From contig JAWSUI010000009.1 in NCBI GenBank assembly GCA_033551855.1, positions 1 through 64,000 of the forward strand: a stretch of DNA of 64,000 nucleotides. Reading direction: 5' to 3'. Below are positions 18,288-27,571 of this stretch, piece by piece. The notes below the pieces were generated by a model. The model did not search any database and was not told where the DNA came from. It was given only the letters and a program-made list of their open reading frames with translations. Source of the DNA: Deferrisomatales bacterium (lineage in GTDB: Bacteria; Desulfobacterota; Deferrisomatia; Deferrisomatales; JACRMM01). The position numbers were made by a program, and so were the translations under genes. Within the stretch, counting starts at the first letter, position 1; each line of letters opens with the position of its first letter.

Positions 18288-20933
18288 ATGAAGGGCGACG
18301 AGATCCGGAGGCGCTTCCTCGAGTACTTTGCTCGGCAGGGCCACCTCGTCCTGCCGAGCTCGCCTCTCATCCCCCACAACGACCCCACCCTGCTCTTCAC
18401 CAATGCGGGGATGGTGCAGTTCAAGGATATCTTCACGGGCCAGGAGAAGCGCCCCCATGCGCGAGCCGCGACCTGCCAGAAGTGCCTGCGGGTCTCCGGC
18501 AAGCACAACGACCTGGAGAACGTGGGCCGCACCGCCCGGCACCACACGTTCTTCGAGATGCTGGGCAATTTCTCCTTCGGCGATTACTTCAAGCGCGACG
18601 CCATCCGCTTCGCCTGGGAGTTCCTCACGGCCGAGCTGGGGCTACCGGCAGACCGTCTCTGGGTCACGGTGTACGAGAAGGACGACGAGGCCGAGGCCCT
18701 TTGGCAGGCCGAGACCCCGGTCCCGGCCGAGCGGATCGTGCGCTGCGGCGAGAAGGACAACTTCTGGGCGATGGGCGACACGGGCCCCTGTGGGCCCTGC
18801 AGCGAGATCCACTTCGACCACGGCCCCGGCCGCTATCCGTGCCCCGACCCGGAGAGCTGCAGCCCGGCGTGCGATTGCGACCGGTTCCTCGAGCTCTGGA
18901 ACCTCGTCTTCATGCAGTTCGAGCGCGCGCCGGACAGAACGATGACCCCCCTGCCCAAGCCCAGCATCGACACGGGGGCCGGCCTCGAGCGCATCGCCGC
19001 GGTTCTCCAGGGGGTTCACTCCAATTTCGACGCCGATCTGTTCCGTCCCCTCATCGAACTCACGGCGGCGCTCGGGGGGGTGCGCTACGGGGAGCACCCG
19101 GAAACGGACGTGAGCCTTCGGGTGGTGGCGGATCACATCCGCGCAGCGGTGTTCCTGATCGCCGACGGCGTGCTCCCCTCCAACGAGGGGAGAGGCTACG
19201 TTCTTCGCCGCATCATGCGCCGGGCCATGCGCCACGGCTGGCTGCTGGGGTTCCGAGAGCCCTTCTTCCACAAGGTTTCGGGGATGGTGGTGGACCGGAT
19301 GGAGGGCATCTACCCGGAGCTCTCCGACAAACGATCCTACGTGGCGAATGTGATCCTGCACGAGGAGGAGCGGTTTTCCCGCACCCTGGAGCGGGGCCTC
19401 CAATTGCTGGAGGACGCGGTGGCGGAGCTTCCGGCCTCCGGGGAGCGAACGCTTCCAGGCTCGGTGGTGTTCCGCCTGTACGACACCTTCGGTTTCCCGG
19501 TGGACCTGACCGAGGACATCGTCCGGGACCGGGGGATCCGCCTGGACGAGTCGGGCTTCGAGGCCGAGATGGACGCCCAGCGGGAGAAGGCCCGCAGGGC
19601 ATGGAAGGGTTCGGGCGACGAGGGCTTGGCCGCCGGGTACCGCGAGCTGCGGGAGGCGGGCGTTTCCTCGGTCTTCGCCGGGTACGAAACCCTGGAGACC
19701 CGCAGTCCGGTGCTGGCCCTCCTGGCGGGGGGGCGCCGAGTCCCGGAGGCCCGGGAGGGGCAGACCGTCGAGGTGGTTTTGGCCGAGACCCCCTTCTATG
19801 GGGAGAGCGGGGGGCAGGTGGGGGATCGGGGCAGCGTGGCCGGGGAGGGGTTTCGCGTCGAGGTGGAGACGTCGGTCAAGCCTTTCCCCCACCTGATCCT
19901 CGCCCGGGGCACGGTCAGCCGCGGGACGATCCGCACGGGGGACGAAGCCCTCGCGAGGGTGGAGTCGGGAGAGCGGTTCCTCACGGCCCAGAACCACTCG
20001 GCCACCCATCTCCTCCAGGCGGCCCTGAGGGAGGTGCTGGGGGACCACGTGAAGCAGGCGGGGTCCTTGGTCGGCCCGGACAGGCTTCGTTTCGACTTCA
20101 CCCACTTCGCGCCCCTGAGCCGGGAGGAGGTCCGCGACGTGGAAAGACGAGTCAACCGGTGGGTGGTGGAGAACCACCCGGTGACAGCCACCGAGGAGGC
20201 CTTCGACGCCGCGGTGTCCGCCGGCGTCACGGCCTTGTTCGGGGAGAAGTACGGGGACCGGGTGCGGGTCGTCCGGATGGGGGGAGTGTCCGCCGAGCTG
20301 TGCGGGGGAACCCACGCCGGGCGCACGGGAGACATCGGGCTGTTCAAGATCCTCTCCGAGACCGGGGTCGCCGCCGGGGTGCGGCGCATCGAGGCCGCCA
20401 CCGGGGAGAGGGCGGCGGCCTACGTCGATGACCTCGAAGACCGGCTCGCGGAGGTGGCGGCCCTCACCAAGGGCACGCCCGAGGATGCGACCGAGCGGGT
20501 CCGGCGGCTCCTGGACCGCGTTCGGGAACTGGAGCGTGAGGTCTCCACCCTGCGCGCCCAGATGGCGGGGGGCGCCGCCAAGGACATTCTCGCCTCCGCC
20601 AGGAACATCAAAGGCGTCCAGGTTCTCGCCACCCGGGTTCCCGCTCAGGATCCGAAGGCTTTGCGTGAGTTCGCCGATGGCCTCCGAGACCGCCTGGGGT
20701 CCGGAGTTCTGGCCCTGGGAGCCGAGGCCGAAGGCAGGGCCCTCCTGTTGGTAGCCGTTACCAAGGACCTGACCGGGACCCTCTCGGCGGGAGAGCTGAT
20801 CCGCCCCCTGGCGGAGGCCGTCGGAGGCCGGGGAGGCGGCAGGGCCGACTTGGCCCAGGCGGGCGGGACTGACCCGTCTCGGCTCGACGCGGCGCTCGCG
20901 GCGTTCGGACAGGCCGTGGAAGCCCGCCTCTGA
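18288..20933 (+). CDS. alaS: Alanine--tRNA ligase
   Basis: TLLFTNAGMVQFK, HHTFFEMLGNFSFGDYFK, HSATHLL, ELCGGTH. Confidence 0.99.
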   Translation: MKGDEIRRRFLEYFARQGHLVLPSSPLIPHNDPTLLFTNAGMVQFKDIFTGQEKRPHARAATCQKCLRVSGKHNDLENVGRTARHHTFFEMLGNFSFGDYFKRDAIRFAWEFLTAELGLPADRLWVTVYEKDDEAEALWQAETPVPAERIVRCGEKDNFWAMGDTGPCGPCSEIHFDHGPGRYPCPDPESCSPACDCDRFLELWNLVFMQFERAPDRTMTPLPKPSIDTGAGLERIAAVLQGVHSNFDADLFRPLIELTAALGGVRYGEHPETDVSLRVVADHIRAAVFLIADGVLPSNEGRGYVLRRIMRRAMRHGWLLGFREPFFHKVSGMVVDRMEGIYPELSDKRSYVANVILHEEERFSRTLERGLQLLEDAVAELPASGERTLPGSVVFRLYDTFGFPVDLTEDIVRDRGIRLDESGFEAEMDAQREKARRAWKGSGDEGLAAGYRELREAGVSSVFAGYETLETRSPVLALLAGGRRVPEAREGQTVEVVLAETPFYGESGGQVGDRGSVAGEGFRVEVETSVKPFPHLILARGTVSRGTIRTGDEALARVESGERFLTAQNHSATHLLQAALREVLGDHVKQAGSLVGPDRLRFDFTHFAPLSREEVRDVERRVNRWVVENHPVTATEEAFDAAVSAGVTALFGEKYGDRVRVVRMGGVSAELCGGTHAGRTGDIGLFKILSETGVAAGVRRIEAATGERAAAYVDDLEDRLAEVAALTKGTPEDATERVRRLLDRVRELEREVSTLRAQMAGGAAKDILASARNIKGVQVLATRVPAQDPKALREFADGLRDRLGSGVLALGAEAEGRALLLVAVTKDLTGTLSAGELIRPLAEAVGGRGGGRADLAQAGGTDPSRLDAALAAFGQAVEARL

Positions 20934-21066
20934 CGGACCCGCGTGGGTTGACGGCGCCGAGGGCTGGGTTAGTCTGGGGACCATGGCCCGCGGTCGCGGG
21001 CCGACCGGGGAGCCGCTTCCCAGCGGTCCCCGAGAAAAAGGACGCACCACTCGAGAGGAGGATGCC

Positions 21067-21411
21067 ATGCTCGACTTCTTCCGAAAGGCCGCTCTGGCAG
21101 GAATCGGGGCTATCACCCTCACGGAGGAACGCGCCCGCAAGCTCGTGGAGGAGTTGGTGGAACAGGGGCGGGTGAGCCGGGACGAGGGCGAGTCCCTCAT
21201 CAAGGACATGATGGCCAAGGCCGAATCCTCTCGGACCGAGTGGGAGGGGCGCATCCACGAGATGGTGCAGGACGTCTTTCGGAAGATGGACCTGGTCCCG
21301 CGAGGGGATCTCCAAGCGCTCGAAGGGCAACTGAGGCTCCTGGAGAGGCGCGTGGCGGAGTTGGAGCACCGGGAGAGGGAGCTCGAGGAGCAGATGCCGG
21401 TCCCGGAGTAA
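21067..21411 (+). CDS. Phasin-family (PhaF/PhaI-like) coiled-coil protein
   Basis: MLDFFRKAALAGIGAITLTEERARKLVEELVEQG pattern with coiled-coil tail. Confidence 0.75.
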   Translation: MLDFFRKAALAGIGAITLTEERARKLVEELVEQGRVSRDEGESLIKDMMAKAESSRTEWEGRIHEMVQDVFRKMDLVPRGDLQALEGQLRLLERRVAELEHRERELEEQMPVPE

Positions 21412-21495
21412 GCGGGTGCGGCGGGGCGGCTGTCGGGCGACGCCGCCCAGGGGTTCCGGGACGCCCCGGGAGCTTTCCGCCGGGAGAGGCGAGCC

Positions 21496-21933
21496 CTAGC
21501 CCCCCCAGCGGAGCAGCCGCACCCCGTCCCGGAATTGGATCTCGACCCTGTGGGGCGGGATCACCCTGAGGACGAGGCCGAAACCGAGGGAAGGGTGCTC
21601 CACCAGGTCTCCGGCCTGCGGCCGCGCCCCACCGCCCCAGGAAATGGCAGCGCGGGGATCCAACCCCTTCATTTGGGCATGCCAGGCGGCCTCCGGGGTT
21701 TGGGGGCCGCCTAAGCCACCCGGCTCCCGTCCCGAAGAGGCGCCGGGGGTCGGGCCGGGGACAGAGCCCGCTCGGCTCTCGCGGTGCCTGTGAACCCCCT
21801 CGCAGGCGGCGCACTGGACCTTTACCGCCCGGCCCGCCACGACGGAGATCACGATGTGCCGGGTCGACGCCCGGCACTTGCCGCAGTGGGAGACGATCCG
21901 CCCCCCGACGACGGGGCCCTCTACTGCCGCCAT
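21496..21933 (-). CDS. Hypothetical protein with Zn-ribbon and C-terminal Tudor-like segment
   Basis: CGKC...H...CAACEGVH; GDLVEHPSLGFGLV. Confidence 0.7.
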   Translation of the reverse strand: MAAVEGPVVGGRIVSHCGKCRASTRHIVISVVAGRAVKVQCAACEGVHRHRESRAGSVPGPTPGASSGREPGGLGGPQTPEAAWHAQMKGLDPRAAISWGGGARPQAGDLVEHPSLGFGLVLRVIPPHRVEIQFRDGVRLLRWGG

Positions 21934-22019
21934 CCCGAACCTCCAGCCATTTGCCGCGGGGGAGGACCATCCCCAGTCCCCCGGGTGTGCCGAGGCGAGC
22001 AAGAGGAAGCGAGGCACCG

Positions 22020-22394
22020 GTGACCTACGACCCGAACAACGTCTTCGCCAGGATCCTGCGGGGAGAGATCCCCTGCGAGAAGGTCTACGAGGACCCCTAT
22101 GCCTTCGCATTCCACGACATCGCGCCCCAGGCGCCGGTTCACGTCCTCGTCATCCCCAAGGGGGAGTATGTGTCCTTCGACGACTTCTCCGCCTCCGCGC
22201 CCCCGGAAGCGGTCGCCGGGTTCTACCGCGCGGTGCAACGGGTGGCGGAGAGCCTCGGTGCCCGGGAGGGCGGCTACCGCGTCCTCTCCAACGTCGGACC
22301 CGACGCACACCAGGAGGTGATGCACTTCCACCTCCACCTCTTTGCCGGCTGCGACCTGGGCCGGATGATCAAGAAGGGGCTCGGGACCTCCTGA
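22020..22394 (+). CDS. Histidine triad (HIT) nucleotide-binding protein
   Basis: YDPNNVFARILRGEIP, DIAPQAPVHVLVIPK, HFHLH. Confidence 0.95.
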   Translation: MTYDPNNVFARILRGEIPCEKVYEDPYAFAFHDIAPQAPVHVLVIPKGEYVSFDDFSASAPPEAVAGFYRAVQRVAESLGAREGGYRVLSNVGPDAHQEVMHFHLHLFAGCDLGRMIKKGLGTS

Positions 22395-22428
22395 CGAAGT
22401 TCCCCGGGGCGAGCCTTCTGCGGGCGCC

Positions 22429-23001
22429 TCAGTCCTCTTCCGACTCCTGGGACGCCTCCTTCCTCCACAGGGCAAAATCGTCGATCGCCGCGTCGTCGGT
22501 CTCCTCGTTCTCGTCCCCGGCGAAGAACAGTTGGCCCGTGTTGCGCTCCCGGAGCGGTCCTTTGGGGGCCCGCTCGTCCTTGAGGCCCTGCCCCTCCCGC
22601 TTGCGGCGGTTGCGCGGCCGCGCGTCCGGTCCGAAGGTTCCCCGCGGCTGACCCGGGGAGGCAGACGCCTCCCCGCCCGCCAAATCCTCGGTCGGTTGCC
22701 CCGGGCCGGACCTCGGCCCGGGGCGAGGGGGCGGCCGCGGCGCGGCGCCTTCCTCCCGCGCACGGGCCTCGTTGACCGCGAGGGGGCGCCCCTTGAACAG
22801 CTGTTGGTGGAAGCGGCGGATGGCATCCTCAGCCTGGGCACGATCGCCGAACTCGACGAATGCGAACCCCCTCGGCTTGCCCGTCTCCCGATCGGTCGGG
22901 ATCCGGACGTACGAAGGGGAACCGGACGCGGAGAAGAGCTCCTTGAGCTCCGCCTCCGTCACGTCGAAGGAGAGGTTTCCCACGAAAAGCCGAACCGACA
23001 T
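22429..23001 (-). CDS. RRM RNA-binding protein with long low-complexity C-terminal tail
   Basis: LFVGNL (RNP2) and RGFAFVEF (RNP1); GAGGAGG RBS. Confidence 0.92.
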   Translation of the reverse strand: MSVRLFVGNLSFDVTEAELKELFSASGSPSYVRIPTDRETGKPRGFAFVEFGDRAQAEDAIRRFHQQLFKGRPLAVNEARAREEGAAPRPPPRPGPRSGPGQPTEDLAGGEASASPGQPRGTFGPDARPRNRRKREGQGLKDERAPKGPLRERNTGQLFFAGDENEETDDAAIDDFALWRKEASQESEED

Positions 23002-23263
23002 CGTTCCTCCTCTTGTTACGGTGCTCGACGCAGGCAGGGGCGCCGGCCCTCCCGGGAAGCCCGGCACGTTCCACGATCGACCGGAGGCGCTCTCCCCCGG
23101 CCCGGAGATCGAACGCCGTCCGCGTAAGCCCCTCGTGCAGGTCCCGAGACGGTCCCTTCTGTGGGGGTGCTGCCCCCATGACGAAAGGGACCCGCCGATT
23201 GCCGGGTCCCTCCTCGACGTTCCCTGCTCCAGCGGCGCACCGACACATAGGGCCTGCCGGCGC

Positions 23264-23292
23264 AAAGTACGCCCTCCGCGCCCGCGTGTCAA
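23264..23292 (-). promoter_or_regulatory. Sigma70 promoter for the RRM gene, implying a roughly 255-nt leader
   Basis: TTGACA-17 nt-TACTTT on the minus strand. Confidence 0.65.
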
Positions 23293-23371
23293 CGCTCCCG
23301 ACGCCCTCCCGAGAGGCGCCCGGCCCCGATTTCGGGGGCCGGGAAGCGCTTGCGCACCACTGCGCCATCTG

Positions 23372-23597
23372 CGGATCGGCCAGAGTCCACCACCACTTTG
23401 TGGGGCGGAATCCGGGAGCCCAGGAGAGCAGCCCCGTGCCGCATCCACCGACCCGACGAGTCCGGCGCAAGCGGGTGCAGCCCGGCGCATAGGGGACTGC
23501 TGGGACACTTCTTCGAATTGCCGCGGATTGCGGGGCGAAACGCAGGGGCTCCCGGACCCCGCCTGCGAACCAGCCGGTGGATCCAGGTCGGCGACCC
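23372..23597 (-). repeat. Interspersed palindromic repeat or MITE family B, copy 1
   Basis: Reverse complement closely matches 41049-41270 over about 200 bp; internal inverted repeats such as tccgggagccc/gggctcccgga. Confidence 0.85.
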
Positions 23598-23672
23598 CCC
23601 CTTGGCCCCGGCCTCCGAACCGGGTAGATTGGGGCGCGGCCGAAAGCGACGTCTACCCGTGGAGAGGCTCCC

Positions 23673-24800
23673 GTGGCTTCTGACCCGTACCCTCGCCTTG
23701 CCAGGCACCTCGACCGCCTGCCCGGCGGCTTCCCGCCTACGGAAAGCGGCGTGGAGCTGCGCATTCTCCGCCGGCTGTTCACGGAGGACGAGGCCCGGCT
23801 CGCCGTAGCCCTCACGGTCATCCCCGAGGAGGCTCGCGTGGTCGCCCGGCGCGCCGGTCTTTCCCTCGAGGAAGCCCAGAGCCGCCTTGACGCTTTGGCC
23901 GGCCGGGGGCTGGCCTTCTCCCTGCGCCCCCGCAAGGCCCCACCCCGTTACATGGCCGCCCAGTTCGTCATCGGCATCTGGGAGTACCACGTCAACGACC
24001 TGGACCCCGAGCTCGTGAAGGACGTCAACGAGTACATCCCGCACCTCTTCGATCCGGACACATGGAAAAAGGCGCCGCAGCTGCGCACCGTACCCGTAGG
24101 CCGGAGCGTCGTTCCGGAGAACGCGATCCTGGCCCACGAGGAGGCGGAGGTGCTCGTTCGCTCCCAGCGGACGATCCTGGTAGCCCCTTGCATCTGCCGC
24201 CGGGAGCACAAGATCGCTGGAAAGGGCTGCGACCGGCCCGAGGAGGCCTGCCTGGTCTTCGGCGCCGCGGCCGACTACTACGAGCGTAACGGGCTCGGCC
24301 GGCGGATCGGGATCGACGAGGCCGTCTGGATCCTTCGCCGGGCCGACGAGACGGGCCTCGTCCTCCAGCCGAGCAATGCCAGGCATCCCGTAAACATCTG
24401 CTGCTGCTGCGGGTGCTGCTGCCAGATCCTCAAGAACATCGCCCGGCACCCCCGGCCCGCTGCTCTGGTCTCTGCCCCCTTCGTAGCCGTCTTCGACCCG
24501 GCCGCATGCTCCGGCTGCGCGGTGTGCGAGGGACGCTGTCCGATGGGTGCCCTCTCCGTGGCCCACGACGTGGCCCGGTTCGACCCCGAGCGCTGCATCG
24601 GCTGCGGTCTGTGCGTCTCCACGTGCCCCGCGGGGGCTTTGCGACTGAGCCGCAAGCCCGAGGGCGAGCAGCCCCCGGTGCCCCGTACCGTGACAGAGGC
24701 CGCTCTGCGCCTCGGGCGGGCACGGGGCACCCTGACCCCCTCCCGTCTGGCCTGGACCGTCCTTCGCTCCAAGCTGGACCGCCTTCTCGCCGCCCGCTAG
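23673..24800 (+). CDS. 4Fe-4S dicluster protein with N-terminal HTH-like region
   Basis: CICR, C..PEEAC, ICCCCGCCC, CSGCAVCEGRCP, CIGCGLCVSTCP. Confidence 0.88.
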   Translation: MASDPYPRLARHLDRLPGGFPPTESGVELRILRRLFTEDEARLAVALTVIPEEARVVARRAGLSLEEAQSRLDALAGRGLAFSLRPRKAPPRYMAAQFVIGIWEYHVNDLDPELVKDVNEYIPHLFDPDTWKKAPQLRTVPVGRSVVPENAILAHEEAEVLVRSQRTILVAPCICRREHKIAGKGCDRPEEACLVFGAAADYYERNGLGRRIGIDEAVWILRRADETGLVLQPSNARHPVNICCCCGCCCQILKNIARHPRPAALVSAPFVAVFDPAACSGCAVCEGRCPMGALSVAHDVARFDPERCIGCGLCVSTCPAGALRLSRKPEGEQPPVPRTVTEAALRLGRARGTLTPSRLAWTVLRSKLDRLLAAR

Positions 24801-24935
24801 CGCTAGGGTCTCTCGGGCGGCGCCCCCCCCCCCCGGCCTTCCCGGACCATCCCCGGGAGCGCAGACCTCCCCGAGTGATTATTGTATGGCTGATAGAAGC
24901 TGCCTAGCGGGCGTAAACCCAACCCGTAGGCACTT

Positions 24936-24975
24936 GGGCTTCGGGCTATCCTCCTGGCCCGGAGCTCCTTTTTTG
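24936..24975 (+). terminator. Intrinsic terminator whose loop carries an anti-SD-like CCTCC
   Basis: gggcttcgggc-tatcctcctg-gcccggagctc followed by tttttt. Confidence 0.7.
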
Positions 24976-25013
24976 GCCGCTCCGGGGAATGACGGGTTTC
25001 CTCGCCCCAAAAC

Positions 25014-25222
25014 GGTTCATCCGGGAAGTGATCGGGTACTCGTGTCCAGGGACGACCGGGTGGGCCGGGTCACGCAGGCGGACGGCCCCTCGACGGGAGC
25101 AGCCCCTTCGGGAGCCGCGATGCCGCGAGGATTCCGAATGCGGCGCGGGAGCGCTCCCACCGTGCAGCCCGGCATCGTCCGCCGGAGGGGGCGGGCCCAT
25201 CCGGTCGTTTACCGGAAGAACC
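25014..25222. mobile_element. 209-bp ISL3-like MITE (family A), copy 1
   Basis: Imperfect terminal inverted repeats (GGTTCATCCGG.../...CCGGAAGAACC); 16 mismatches versus 62234-62442 by manual count; degenerate flanking duplication cccaaaac/ccaaagac. Confidence 0.88.
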
Positions 25223-25277
25223 CCAAAGACGGCCGGGCCTTTCCCCTTGACTCCCCTGCCGTTGTACGCCGAATATT

Positions 25278-25293
25278 GACTGACCACTCAGTC
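25278..25293. promoter_or_regulatory. Putative TetR operator palindrome
   Basis: GACTGA-ccac-TCAGTC just upstream of the TetR start and downstream of a TTGACT -35-like hexamer at 25247. Confidence 0.65.
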
Positions 25294-25310
25294 TGCTCCC
25301 CAGAGGTTGC

Positions 25311-25898
25311 ATGAACCGCAGAACGGCCATCCTGCACGCGGCGGAAGAGCTCTTCGCCGAGCGCGGGTACGACGGCACCTCCACATCGGCAATCGCCGAA
25401 CGCGCCGGTGTGGCCCACGGCACGGTCTTTCACCATTTCCGCACCAAGGAGAACCTGCTCCTGGAGCTCGCAGAGACCCTGACCGGGAGCTACGTGGAGG
25501 GCCTCGAGCGGCTGTCCCCGGCCGGGGGATCCGGGTGGGAGATTCTCGAGCGGGCGGTCCGGTATCATTTCGCATTCATGCGGGACTACGACCGGGGCAT
25601 CGTGGTCCTGGTCCAGGAGTCTTCCCGCATCTTCGGAACCGCAGTGGGCGCCGGGCGCTCCGCCGAAGGGCTCCGCCGGGGCATAGCGGCCATCCACGAG
25701 ATCCGTCGCAGCATCCTGGTGCAGGGGATGGCCGACGGCTCCATCCAGCAAGTGCCCCTGGAGGGAACCGTCTTTCTACTCGGGAGCATTCTGGGAGGGA
25801 TCGTCAACCTGAAGGCCAGGGGCTGGATGGACGTGCCCCTAGACCTGGAAGAGACCGCCGTGGCGTTCTGCCGCCGCAGTCTGTCCTCGTCAGGGTGA
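25311..25898 (+). CDS. TetR/AcrR family transcriptional regulator
   Basis: AILHAAEELFAERGYDGTSTSAIAERAGVAHGTVFHHFRTKENL HTH. Confidence 0.95.
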   Translation: MNRRTAILHAAEELFAERGYDGTSTSAIAERAGVAHGTVFHHFRTKENLLLELAETLTGSYVEGLERLSPAGGSGWEILERAVRYHFAFMRDYDRGIVVLVQESSRIFGTAVGAGRSAEGLRRGIAAIHEIRRSILVQGMADGSIQQVPLEGTVFLLGSILGGIVNLKARGWMDVPLDLEETAVAFCRRSLSSSG

Positions 25899-25987
25899 GC
25901 CGCAGACTTTTTGAATCCACGGCCCCCCCGCCGGGCAGGGGCGGCAGATGCCGGCCTCTCGAGCCCTACGTCGAAAGGAAGCGGACG

Positions 25988-27571
25988 ATGACCACGGCGG
26001 AACACCGCTGGAGATCTCTACTCCCCTGGACGGCCCTTCTCGCAGCCCCCCTCACGGCTGTGCTCGTCGGTGCCGCCGCTGCCGATCCCGGGGCCGAACG
26101 CCCCCCTTTGAGGTTGCGGGAGGCCCTCGCCCTGGGCATCCAGCGCAACCTGGACCTGCGCCTCCAGGAGATCGCCATCCCGGTGAGCGAGCAGGAGGTC
26201 GTAGCTCGGGAGGCCGAATTCGATCCGGTGATGGAGGCCGGGGCCGACGCGCGCGCAGACAAGGTCCCCAGCGCCGCCGGCGGCGGCCGAGACCCGAATC
26301 TGGTGCGCACCACCGGGGCCGACGTGGGTGTGCGGAAGCGTTTCACCACCGGGCTCGAGTCGCGTCTGGCCGCCGAGACCTTCCGTCGGACCACCGACGA
26401 CCCCGGCACCGCGTTGGTTCCGGCGTACCGGACGTTCCTGGTTCTCGACCTGACCCAGCCCCTGCTCAGGGATCGGGGCCGGGAGGTCAACACGTCGGCC
26501 CTCCGGGAGGGCCGCAACGCCGTGCTGCAGGCCCGCTATCTCCACCTCGACCGGGCGCTTCGCATCGGAGAGGAGATCGAGCTCGCCTACTACGACCTGG
26601 CCACGGCCCACCAGCTCCTCGCCTACCGGGTCGAGGCGCGGGGGCGCGCGGAGGAGCTCCTGGCCGGCAACCGCGAGAAGTTCGAGGCAGGCGTCGTGCC
26701 CATCACCGAGGTGCAGCAGGCGGAGACCGCCGTGGCGGCCCGAGACGAGCAGGTGGTTGTGGCCCGCCAGCTCGCCGACCGCGTTACGACCCGCCTGTGG
26801 GACCTACTGGAGATCCGCCGGGGCGACCCCGGCTACGGGGCTCCCTTCGTAACCGAGCCCCTGCCCCCCGCTCCCGAGGACTACCCGGAGCTGGAGGAGG
26901 CTCTGGCGGTGGCGCTCGCGGAGCGCCCCGACCTGCGGGAGCGGCTGCTGGAGGTGGAGAACCGGGATCTCCGCGTCGCGTTCTCCCGCAATCAGACGCT
27001 GCCGCGGCTCGACCTCGTGGCGACCCTGGGTCTCAACGGGCTTTCCGGAGACGAGCGCGAGGGGTTCTCCTCCGATTACGACGGGCGATACCTCGACTCC
27101 TGGTCTCGCCTGCCCGACGGGGACGGGTACCAGTGGCTCGCGGGCGTGCGCCTCGCCTACCCCTTGGGCAACCGCTCCGCCCAAGCCCGCCTGCGCCAGA
27201 GCGCCTGGGAGAAGCGGCAGGCGGTGTACGGGCTCAAGCGCCTCGAGGGGACCGCTGAGGCGGAGGTGGAACGCGCCCTCGTGGACGTGCGCCGGGGGTT
27301 GGAGCGGTATCGGGTGGCAGAGCGGTTCCACCGTTTGGCGGCCGCGACCTTGAGCCAGGAGATGGAGCGTCTGAAGGAGGGGCTCTCCGATACCTTCCGC
27401 GTCCTGACGTTCCAGGACGACCTCACCGAGGCCCACATCCGCAAGGAGGCCGCCCTCTCCGACTCCCAGAAGGGGTTGGCGAGCCTGTACCGGGCCATGG
27501 GCAAGAATTTGGAGCGCCACGGGATCGTAGCCGAGCTGCAGGAGAAGGAGAGCGAGCGTGAACATCCGTAG
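25988..27571 (+). CDS. TolC-family outer membrane efflux protein
   Basis: LREALALGIQRNLDL, LTQPLLR, NQTLPRLDL, LAYPLGNR; first gene of the efflux block. Confidence 0.9.
   Translation: MTTAEHRWRSLLPWTALLAAPLTAVLVGAAAADPGAERPPLRLREALALGIQRNLDLRLQEIAIPVSEQEVVAREAEFDPVMEAGADARADKVPSAAGGGRDPNLVRTTGADVGVRKRFTTGLESRLAAETFRRTTDDPGTALVPAYRTFLVLDLTQPLLRDRGREVNTSALREGRNAVLQARYLHLDRALRIGEEIELAYYDLATAHQLLAYRVEARGRAEELLAGNREKFEAGVVPITEVQQAETAVAARDEQVVVARQLADRVTTRLWDLLEIRRGDPGYGAPFVTEPLPPAPEDYPELEEALAVALAERPDLRERLLEVENRDLRVAFSRNQTLPRLDLVATLGLNGLSGDEREGFSSDYDGRYLDSWSRLPDGDGYQWLAGVRLAYPLGNRSAQARLRQSAWEKRQAVYGLKRLEGTAEAEVERALVDVRRGLERYRVAERFHRLAAATLSQEMERLKEGLSDTFRVLTFQDDLTEAHIRKEAALSDSQKGLASLYRAMGKNLERHGIVAELQEKESEREHP

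Noticed and set aside
24886..25314. Small ORFs shared between about 25 kb and 62 kb (HPVVYRKNP peptides)
   Set aside because: They are translations of the MITE sequence, not supported genes
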